From Candidatus Kaiserbacteria bacterium (lineage in GTDB: Bacteria > Patescibacteriota > Minisyncoccia > Phycocordibacterales > UBA2100): a stretch of DNA of 64,000 nucleotides. The position numbers and the translations under genes were made by a program. Each line of letters opens with the position of its first letter. The stretch's first letter is position 1. Under the pieces are notes generated by a model. It had not been told where the DNA came from, searched no databases, and saw only the letters and a program-made list of their open reading frames with translations. Positions 57,675 through 64,000 of the stretch are shown piece by piece. The stretch lies in NCBI GenBank assembly GCA_016432285.1, contig CP066682.1:602274-666273 (forward strand). The letters are read 5' to 3'.

Positions 57675-57890
57675 CAACAACAGTTGAAGCGGGAGCGAAG
57701 CTCTCGCTGATCACTGTTGTCTGCCGGAGTGGGACGAGAAGGCGAGCGGCGGAGGCTCCGCCAACAGGCGGAGCGCCGTGAGCAGGGCCGAGAGGAGTGA
57801 GGAGCGACGGCGACGAAAGAGCTCTTGGCCGAGCAAACTCACCGGCACAACCCTACAAAACGAATCTTTTTCGTGTAGAATCTCACAGAT

Positions 57891-57963
57891 CCGCCCATAG
57901 CTCAGTTGGTAGAGCAGTCGCCTCTTAAGCGAACGGTCGTAGGTTCGAATCCTACTGGGCGGA
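57891..57963 (+). tRNA. tRNA-Lys (anticodon CTT)
   Basis: CCGCCCA/TGGGCGG acceptor, GCTC-AGTTGGTA-GAGC D-arm, anticodon loop CTCTTAA, TAGG-TTCGAAT-CCTA T-arm; 5' C1 is unusual. Confidence 0.7.
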
Positions 57964-57970
57964 CAATGAT

Positions 57971-58354
57971 ATGAACATGGGAGAAGAGCGTTACGTGGTC
58001 GATATGCGTATCAAGGAGCACGCCCTCGATCTGGAGGTTCGCTTTTTTACACATTGGTCAGTGCTATCCGGCGGCACATTCTCACTCTTGGTTCCGCTAG
58101 TACAGAGCTTAAAAAAGCCGATGTCCGCCGTTGTGTTTTTTCAAATGGGAGAGGTCTTTTTGATAATTTCGCTCTTAGTTGCTGCATTGGGATTATTTGC
58201 CTCAAAGAACTATGCGAGGGAACGGTCATTCCACGGAGACCCCGCATCATCGTTGAGTAAGACGACGAAGGATTTGTGTGGGAAGACGGCGCTGGTTTCA
58301 TATGCACTGGGAATAATTGCGATAGCTATTTTCATAGACAGCAATCTGCTATAA
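57971..58354 (+). CDS. low-GC membrane protein of unknown function
   Basis: 127 aa, three TM helices; composition visibly AT-richer than surroundings; flanked by tRNA-Lys and tRNA-Leu. Confidence 0.5.
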   Translation: MNMGEERYVVDMRIKEHALDLEVRFFTHWSVLSGGTFSLLVPLVQSLKKPMSAVVFFQMGEVFLIISLLVAALGLFASKNYARERSFHGDPASSLSKTTKDLCGKTALVSYALGIIAIAIFIDSNLL

Positions 58355-58364
58355 CTAGCGAATC

Positions 58365-58446
58365 GGGCGAGTGGCGGAACTGGTACACGCGCACGGCTTA
58401 GGACCGTGTCCCGAAAGGGATGAGAGTTCGAGTCTCTCCTCGCCCA
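58365..58446 (+). tRNA. tRNA-Leu (anticodon TAG)
   Basis: GGGCGAG/CTCGCCC acceptor, anticodon loop CTTAGGA, long variable arm, GAGAG-TTCGAGT-CTCTC. Confidence 0.8.
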
Positions 58447-58472
58447 CACTTCGACAAGCTCAGTGTAAACAC

Positions 58473-59291
58473 ATGGATTTCAAATACTTTTCCAAGAATG
58501 GCGTGGCCCTTCCTTTGGCCGAAGCGGTCGTGCCGCTTTCGAATATCGAATACCAATACGGCTTCGGGGTGTACGAAAACGTGCGGGTCGTGCGCGGCCG
58601 GCCGCTCTTTCTCGACGATCACGTTGAGCGGCTCGAAGAATCGGCGCGGATCATCGGTCTCGAGCATCCGTTCGAAAGTACTGCGATACATCATAGTGTC
58701 GACGAATTGATCGCGAAGAATGAGATCGACACTGCAAATCTGAAGCTGCTTCTCCTCGGCGGCCGCAGCGAGGCAGAAGCGAGCCTTTTTATACTCCCCC
58801 TCAATCCCCTTTTCCCCGACAAAAAAATCTATCGCGACGGCGTGCTCTTGGTGAGCCACCAGTACGAACGGCTCTTTCCGCACGCGAAGACTCTCAACAT
58901 GCTCGGGAGCTTCCTCGCCTACCGCAAGGCGAAAGCGGCAGACGCGTACGATGCGCTCTTGATCGACCGCCAAGGCTTCGTCACCGAAGGCACCCGCACC
59001 AACTTCTTCGCGCTCAAAGGGAAAACGATTTATTCGCCTCCGGAATCCGAGATTCTCCTCGGTGTTACCCGGAAGTACGTGCTTGAGGCCGCGCATAGGA
59101 GCGGATTCGCGCTAGAGGAAAGAAAGATCACTCTTGCGGACCTGAAGGAATACGACGCCGCGTTCATCACGAGTACCTCTTCAAAAATCCTTCCGGTGCG
59201 GCAAATCGACGACGCCTCGGTCGACGTGAGCGCGCCCGCGCTGCGGGAGCTGATGACTGCGTTCGACGACTTTTTACAAAAGACTACTTGA
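58473..59291 (+). CDS. class IV aminotransferase (BCAT / D-amino-acid AT / PabC-like)
   Basis: 272 aa from MDFKYF; fold-type IV PLP enzyme motifs (E..R..G, LLGVTR); the longer ORF would overlap tRNA-Leu. Confidence 0.75.
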   Translation: MDFKYFSKNGVALPLAEAVVPLSNIEYQYGFGVYENVRVVRGRPLFLDDHVERLEESARIIGLEHPFESTAIHHSVDELIAKNEIDTANLKLLLLGGRSEAEASLFILPLNPLFPDKKIYRDGVLLVSHQYERLFPHAKTLNMLGSFLAYRKAKAADAYDALLIDRQGFVTEGTRTNFFALKGKTIYSPPESEILLGVTRKYVLEAAHRSGFALEERKITLADLKEYDAAFITSTSSKILPVRQIDDASVDVSAPALRELMTAFDDFLQKTT

Positions 59292-59601
59292 AGCCGCCGC
59301 CGGGCGCGGAGAGATTGTTGAGGCCCGAGGTGTCGAAGCCCTGCCCGCTCAAGGCGCCGAGATTGAAGGTGTTGTCGAGGAGCGCCAGGATGCCGTAGAC
59401 CGACACCATGATCACCATGCCGATGATGCCCCAAAGCATGTGCCGTACGCCGTCCTCGCGCTTACCGCCCTCGTCGAGCCCGAGCACGAACTGCACGAGC
59501 CCCCACATAAACATAAAAAAACCGGCGGCGAATACGACGAGTATCGCCGGATTGATGATGTAGGTGACGAATCGTCCGAGGATCGTTGCGGCTTCTTGCA
59601 T
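59284..59601 (-). CDS. pilin-like small membrane protein, paralog 1
   Basis: 105 aa; TM1, charged loop DEGGKRED, TM2 MLWGIIGMVIMVSVYGI. Confidence 0.55.
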   Translation of the reverse strand: MQEAATILGRFVTYIINPAILVVFAAGFFMFMWGLVQFVLGLDEGGKREDGVRHMLWGIIGMVIMVSVYGILALLDNTFNLGALSGQGFDTSGLNNLSAPGGGFK

Positions 59602-59633
59602 GCGCCGGAAGTGGCCCTTACGGGCTCACCGCG

Positions 59634-60002
59634 TTAGTTGGAGTAGTAACCCGGATTCACCTGGATGCCCTTGGGGATGATCGGATCGGTGGAGGTAACC
59701 TTGAGGGTGCTCTGGAGGAGGCGGATGATGCCCCAGATACTCACCATCACGAAGATAGCGATGAGGCCCCAGAACATGATTTTGAGGCTCTCGTGCGCGT
59801 TCTCCGTGTCCATGCTCCAGAGGTACTTGATGAGCCCCCAAAAGAAGACAACGATCGCGAGCGTGATGAAAAGGCCGATGATGCCGTTGAGGAAGGTGCT
59901 CACGAAGACGAGCGTGTCCTGAAGCGTGGCGGCCGCGGCGAGAGCAGGGAGCGCGAGCGACAGGGCGGCAATCGACGAAACGGCTGCAAAACGTGAACGC
60001 AT
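59634..60002 (-). CDS. pilin-like small membrane protein, paralog 2
   Basis: 122 aa; signal peptide, TM1, loop SMDTENAHESLK, TM2 MFWGLIAIFVMVSIWGI. Confidence 0.55.
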   Translation of the reverse strand: MRSRFAAVSSIAALSLALPALAAAATLQDTLVFVSTFLNGIIGLFITLAIVVFFWGLIKYLWSMDTENAHESLKIMFWGLIAIFVMVSIWGIIRLLQSTLKVTSTDPIIPKGIQVNPGYYSN

Positions 60003-60113
60003 AAATAGTGCTGATTAGGTTAGAGTAGTAGCTTCATGGTAGCCGTCCATGGCCAAAATACAATCAGCTTCCCACGCCGCTGTGGATAAAGCCGGCAGCG
60101 GGAAATAGCTGCG

Positions 60114-60521
60114 CTAGTGCTCGTCGTCTCTTCCTCCCTCCTTCTTTTTCTTCGGGGCCGCGGCGGTGCGGAGTATCACCACGGCCATCGCGCCGATGAG
60201 CAGCACGCCGAGCACGAAGAGCGCCTGCTGCGTGTACCAATGGAAGAGCCGCACGAGCCCCAAGAGCACGATGAGCACGAAGGCCATCGTAACGGCCCAC
60301 TCAAGCACGCGGATAGCCGTCTCCCGGTGCGTGGGCCAGGTGCCGAGGCGCGCGAGATAAACGAAGAATCCGGCGGCAAAAGTGAGGAGTATCGCCACCA
60401 GAAAGAGGCCGACGAAAAGATAGAAGAGTCCCAAAAGCTGCGGCACGGTCATCGCCTCGGCTGGCTGCGGAAACAAGGTGGCGAGAAAGAGGAGTGGGGC
60501 GCTGCGAACGATGAACCTCAT
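60114..60521 (-). CDS. pilin-like small membrane protein, paralog 3
   Basis: 135 aa; signal peptide plus hydrophobic helices, Lys-rich tail; 4-nt overlap with paralog 4. Confidence 0.5.
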   Translation of the reverse strand: MRFIVRSAPLLFLATLFPQPAEAMTVPQLLGLFYLFVGLFLVAILLTFAAGFFVYLARLGTWPTHRETAIRVLEWAVTMAFVLIVLLGLVRLFHWYTQQALFVLGVLLIGAMAVVILRTAAAPKKKKEGGRDDEH

Positions 60522-60925
60522 ATTGCTTGTACACCGTACTGGTCGATGGTGCCGGGCCGCGTGGTGCCACCGCTGCCGCCGCTGCTACAGACGTTGATCG
60601 GCTGCCCTCCCTCGCCAACGCCGTTGTCGAAGAGCGTATTTTTCACGATCGCCACAATGCCCCAGATGCTGAACATGACAAAGAGAATGATGAGTCCCCA
60701 AAAGAAGTAGGCCTTCACCTTTTCGTGATCCTTCTCCTCCCCGAAATGCCCGATGTTGGTCGCGATGCCGTAAAAGTAGGCGACGAGGCCGAGGAGGATC
60801 ACGGTCATCGTGGCCGTATCGAGAATGCTCACCACCGTGCAGGCGAGTTCGGTGAATGTCTTCGGCGCCGCGAGCGCGACGCCGGGCAAAAAAAGCGTGA
60901 GTGCCGCGAGTACCGCCCGCTTCAT
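60518..60925 (-). CDS. pilin-like small membrane protein, paralog 4
   Basis: 135 aa; signal peptide, TM1, loop GEEKDHEKVKA, TM2 YFFWGLIILFVMFSIWGIV, Gly-rich tail. Confidence 0.55.
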   Translation of the reverse strand: MKRAVLAALTLFLPGVALAAPKTFTELACTVVSILDTATMTVILLGLVAYFYGIATNIGHFGEEKDHEKVKAYFFWGLIILFVMFSIWGIVAIVKNTLFDNGVGEGGQPINVCSSGGSGGTTRPGTIDQYGVQAI

Positions 60926-60929
60926 ACAA

Positions 60930-61283
60930 TCAGCCAGTGAGTTGCCGCACAGTGCCAGCGATTAGAGTGGCCAGCACCCACGCCCCCATGATGAGGAGCG
61001 CGCCGAGTATCACGTAGACGAAATTGCGCTTCGCGGTTTCAAGCTCCCCCGGATTCCCCTGTGCCGTGATGAACTTGAAGCCCGCGATCACCACGAAGAG
61101 CGTGATGATGGGAATCGCGATCATCACGAGCACTTTCATCGCGCCCGCCACAAAGGAAGCGATGTCGGAAAAGTTGAGCGGATTTTTGAGCGCAACTTCG
61201 GCGCTGCTTACAAGCGGGAGCAGCAAAAAGAGCGCCGAGCCAGCAGCGGCGGTCGCACGTGCTATGAATCGTGATCGTGTCAT
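60930..61283 (-). CDS. pilin-like small membrane protein, paralog 5
   Basis: 117 aa; signal peptide, TM1, loop AQGNPGELETAKRN, TM2; 4-nt overlap with upstream gene. Confidence 0.55.
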   Translation of the reverse strand: MTRSRFIARATAAAGSALFLLLPLVSSAEVALKNPLNFSDIASFVAGAMKVLVMIAIPIITLFVVIAGFKFITAQGNPGELETAKRNFVYVILGALLIMGAWVLATLIAGTVRQLTG

Positions 61284-62584
61284 TGTCCTAAAATCACGGC
61301 GAGCTCCTGATTCGCGCGCTGGATGGATTCGGTGATGCGCAAAGCCCCGCTCGTCACGCCCTCAATCATAGCGCGGAAAATCGAATCGGTTTTCTGCGGA
61401 TCGGGATCGGTCCAGGATTTCGCAACGATCGCCTGCTTGTTGAAAAGATCTTCGCTCCCTTCGAGCCGCGGCTGCGAAAGAAGGTCGCGCCGCGCCGAGG
61501 GTATCCCGAGCGCCGTCGAGAGCGCGGCGGAAACTTCGCGCGCCGCGAGGAGCGTGGCGACCGTGATCGCGCCCTGCGGATTCTTGCTCGTGCGCGTCGT
61601 GGCGAGGCCCCACACGTGCGCGGCGGTGATCGCGCGCTCCGCGCCCTGCACCTGCGGCACCGGAGCGACGCTGAAATTGAGGTTGGGGTTCATGCGGGAG
61701 ATGAGCGGGGCTTCGCTCGCGTAGCCAAAGTAGAGCGCGAGATCCCCCGCCGCGAAGGCGGCACGCGCCTCCGGAAGCGCCCTGCTCCATGAGTAGTCGG
61801 CCTTCGACGGATCCGCAAACTCGGTATAGAAGCGGATCGCGCTCTCTACGGCTTGGCTCGTGCCGACGCCGGTGCGCTGCGAGAGCGAAGGGACGAGACG
61901 GCCGGTGTTGTCTCTCGAAGTGATCGAGCCGCCGGCCTGTAGGATGAGTGTGGCGATGATGTCTTTGGCGTTGTTCACATTCTGGTATTCGCCGAAGGCA
62001 ACCGCCGCCTTCGTGATTGAGCCGGATTCGTTTTTCTTGACCACGGCCTTCGCGATGTCGTTGAGCTCGCTCCAGACTTTCGGCGCCTGCGCGAACCCGG
62101 CAGTCGCAAGCACATCTTTGTTCCAGTACATCACGAGAGGGTCCGCGAGGATCGGCGCAGCGAGCGCGCCACTCGGCGTGAAGTACGGGTCCGCCGCTTC
62201 CACAAAGACATTTTTGAATTGCGCCTCCGGCAGCAGGCTCGTGGGTATCGCCACCACCTTGCCGCTATCGCGCATCGCGTAGTCCTGTCGGAGGAGAAAG
62301 AGATCAGGGCCGGTGCCGCTCGCGAGCGCGTTCAAGAGCTCCTCCTCGTAGGTCTCGCTGTCCTTCTCCACGTACGTTACTTGCCCGAGGCGGCTGTCGT
62401 CTTCGGCGACCTGCCGGATTACCGCCGCGAAGGCGCTCGGATTGAGGGGGCCCCAAATCGTGATCGGCCCGATGCCGCTGCCGCCGCCTCCGCCCACAAA
62501 GAGAGCGAAGATAAGAATCCCGGCGACGCCAAAAGCGCCGAAGGCCGCTAGCAGAATCACCTGGAACGGGGAGAAATTTTTCAT
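61280..62584 (-). CDS. TM-anchored extracellular solute-binding-protein-like protein
   Basis: 434 aa; N-terminal TM then a periplasmic-binding-protein-like two-lobe domain; no permease or ATPase genes nearby. Confidence 0.5.
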   Translation of the reverse strand: MKNFSPFQVILLAAFGAFGVAGILIFALFVGGGGGSGIGPITIWGPLNPSAFAAVIRQVAEDDSRLGQVTYVEKDSETYEEELLNALASGTGPDLFLLRQDYAMRDSGKVVAIPTSLLPEAQFKNVFVEAADPYFTPSGALAAPILADPLVMYWNKDVLATAGFAQAPKVWSELNDIAKAVVKKNESGSITKAAVAFGEYQNVNNAKDIIATLILQAGGSITSRDNTGRLVPSLSQRTGVGTSQAVESAIRFYTEFADPSKADYSWSRALPEARAAFAAGDLALYFGYASEAPLISRMNPNLNFSVAPVPQVQGAERAITAAHVWGLATTRTSKNPQGAITVATLLAAREVSAALSTALGIPSARRDLLSQPRLEGSEDLFNKQAIVAKSWTDPDPQKTDSIFRAMIEGVTSGALRITESIQRANQELAVILGQ

Positions 62585-63165
62585 ACGGAGGCGACGTACG
62601 CGGGCCGCAGCAGAAGGCCGTAGTGATGCGCCCCCACCGAAAATTCCCGCAAGAGCGCGAGCCCCGCCCCACCAGCGAGGGCGAGCGCTGCTTCTTTTTT
62701 GACCACTTCCTCTTTCACGGGGCCGAGGCCGCCAAACGAATCGCTCCAGTCGATCACTGCCACGCTGCCGCCGGGCTTCACGATGCGGCGTGCTTCGCGG
62801 AGCGCCGGGATTTTGTCGGGGAGTTGAAACAAGAGATTGGAGATGAGCACGAGGTCGATGCTCTGGTCGGCGAGCTTCGAGGCGCGAGGCGCTTCAAGAT
62901 CGGTCCAGATCACCTCGACGTTTTTCAGGCCGCGATGCGCGGCTTCGTTGGCGGTGCGCCGCAAGAGATCCCGCTGCACGTCGATCGCGTACACGCGACC
63001 GCTTCCTTCGAGTCTCTCCGCGATCGCGAGCGTGTAGGCGCCGCTCCCCGAGCCGAAATCGGCAACTTGAAACCCGGCCTGAATGCCGAGCGAGGAAATA
63101 GCGCGCTTTGGCTGTGCGAAGCCCTCCGTGCGAAGCGGAGTCCGATGATGTGCAGTCTTCTGCAT
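62581..63165 (-). CDS. class I SAM-dependent methyltransferase
   Basis: VADFGSGSGAY motif I and VKPGGSVAVID post-I region; first gene of the coupled operon. Confidence 0.7.
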   Translation of the reverse strand: MQKTAHHRTPLRTEGFAQPKRAISSLGIQAGFQVADFGSGSGAYTLAIAERLEGSGRVYAIDVQRDLLRRTANEAAHRGLKNVEVIWTDLEAPRASKLADQSIDLVLISNLLFQLPDKIPALREARRIVKPGGSVAVIDWSDSFGGLGPVKEEVVKKEAALALAGGAGLALLREFSVGAHHYGLLLRPAYVASV

Positions 63166-63172
63166 CCTCTCT

Positions 63173-63178
63173 ATTATA
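63173..63178 (-). promoter_or_regulatory. -10 box TATAAT 7 nt upstream of the methyltransferase ATG (leaderless-type)
   Basis: minus strand GGATATAATAGAGAGGATG; the AGAGAGG sequence abuts the ATG so is unlikely to act as SD. Confidence 0.4.
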
Positions 63179-63245
63179 TCCGCGTATGAAGCGTATGGTG
63201 GCTTATGAGCGCGGAATCTGGGGAAATAGAATCACGCATCGGGAA

Positions 63246-63280
63246 CCAAAAAGAAACCGCGGCGCTTCGCGCCGCGGCAT
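63246..63280 (-). terminator. rho-independent terminator
   Basis: CCGCGGCGC-gaag-GCGCCGCGG then TTTCTTTTT on minus strand. Confidence 0.7.
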
Positions 63281-63301
63281 TTCAAAAAACGAATGGACAA
63301 T

Positions 63302-63751
63302 TTAGTCGTCCGGCTTCCAGCCGCGTACGACCCACTTGCGGATCTGCACCTCAAATACTTCCGTGCGACCTCCTTCCCTTTTCACGCGGTTGACGGCGAG
63401 AAAGAGATTCGGTAAGCGCTTGATGAGCTTCTGCGTTTGCCGCAGCACGGCGAGGCGGTTTTTATCGAACCGGATCGGTTGGTTGCCGCCCATGAGAAGC
63501 AGTCGAAGCACTCCCTTCCTGATACTGTCTGGTTCGAGCATCGCCATGACGCGCTCAATGCGGCTGGTGTCGAGCTCCGAGAGCACCGATGTATGCGCCT
63601 CGGAGAGCACTTCGAAGCGCACACGCACCTGCTGCTCGGGAAATGGCACGGCGTTGGCCCCGCCCCACTCCACAGCCAGCGCGAGAAGACGCGCTTCCAT
63701 TTGAGCGCGCCGCGCTTCAAACGTTGTCTTTTCGACCATCACGACCTCCAC
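63302..63751 (-). CDS. hypothetical protein (149 aa)
   Basis: downstream of the gyrA-like gene; no family recognised. Confidence 0.45.
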   Translation of the reverse strand: MEVVMVEKTTFEARRAQMEARLLALAVEWGGANAVPFPEQQVRVRFEVLSEAHTSVLSELDTSRIERVMAMLEPDSIRKGVLRLLLMGGNQPIRFDKNRLAVLRQTQKLIKRLPNLFLAVNRVKREGGRTEVFEVQIRKWVVRGWKPDD

Positions 63752-63808
63752 GATGGATGCGCGGAATTGCGCCCACGCGATTAGAGCACAAACAGTGTGA
63801 GGAGTACA

Positions 63809-64000
63809 TTACTCGCCCGCGTCGGCTTCGAAAACGACGAATGATGCAACACTGTCGCCTTCGCGCATTTTCATGACCCGCACTCCCTGCGTCGCGCGCG
63901 AGAGTGAGGGGATCTCGTCGAGCCCCGTGCGGATCGTCTGCGATTTCTTGGACATCGCGACGAGTTCTCCCCCTTTGGCGATCACTGCGCCGCCGACAAG
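63809..64000 (-). CDS. gyrA: C-terminal end of DNA gyrase subunit A (or ParC), partial at window edge
   Basis: terminal beta-pinwheel blade ...SRATQGVRVMKMREGDSV... then acidic tail; gene continues beyond the window. Confidence 0.5.
   Translation of the reverse strand, partial: LVGGAVIAKGGELVAMSKKSQTIRTGLDEIPSLSRATQGVRVMKMREGDSVASFVVFEADAGE

Noticed and set aside
58371-58472. N-terminal extension of the aminotransferase ORF
   Set aside because: It overlaps tRNA-Leu(TAG). The conserved protein begins at MDFKYF (58473).
1-64000. CRISPR arrays, IS elements, integrases, reverse transcriptases, toxin-antitoxin pairs
   Set aside because: No direct-repeat/spacer periodicity, no transposase, integrase or RT motifs (DDE, R-H-R-Y, YxDD) were found in any frame. 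The only mobile-DNA hints are compositional (57971-58354) and tRNA-associated.

Overview
64-kb window of a GC-rich bacterial chromosome (GC judged by eye; no plasmid or phage hallmarks). It is densely coded with a strong minus-strand bias. Most genes are recognisable housekeeping functions. These are a Fur-family regulator, a dgkA-PAP2-uppP lipid-carrier recycling operon, purF, argH and argG, hisG-hisIE with an IMPase/HisN-like gene, gdhA, zwf-gnd, lysC-asd, dnaX, dus, serS, dprA-topA, rel/spoT, parB, miaA, gpmA, eno, rpmG, clpB, a cysteine desulfurase, infB-rbfA and a gyrA-like 3' end. I call eight tRNAs: Gln, Leu(CAA), Trp, Tyr, a Cys-like one, Leu(TAA), Lys and Leu(TAG). Several intrinsic terminators are obvious. 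Four genes sit 7-12 nt downstream of a TATAAT-like box, which suggests leaderless mRNAs. No CRISPR array, transposase, integrase or reverse transcriptase was seen. The least explained parts are listed below.
1. A tightly coupled minus-strand operon at 59.3-63.2 kb with a SAM methyltransferase, a TM-anchored solute-binding-like protein and five tandem paralogous small pilin-like proteins (signal peptide plus two TM helices). A sixth paralog lies next to tRNA-Trp.
2. An arginine locus in which a guanidino-modifying (GME) superfamily hydrolase with an AstB-like GGGxACL motif and small unknown ORFs sit between argG and argH. A 277-aa unknown protein and an AstE/AspA-family metallohydrolase lie nearby.
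3. Two tRNA-like elements directly upstream of start codons (a minihelix before argG; a Cys-anticodon cloverleaf abutting a DNA methyltransferase gene).
4. A tRNA cluster at 56.7-58.5 kb carrying a low-GC insert.
5. A ~450-nt structured non-coding region upstream of dnaX.
Short forms of DnaX, IF-2 and Rel, a sortase and the leaderless promoters hint at a monoderm or reduced lineage. Taxonomy cannot be settled from sequence alone.
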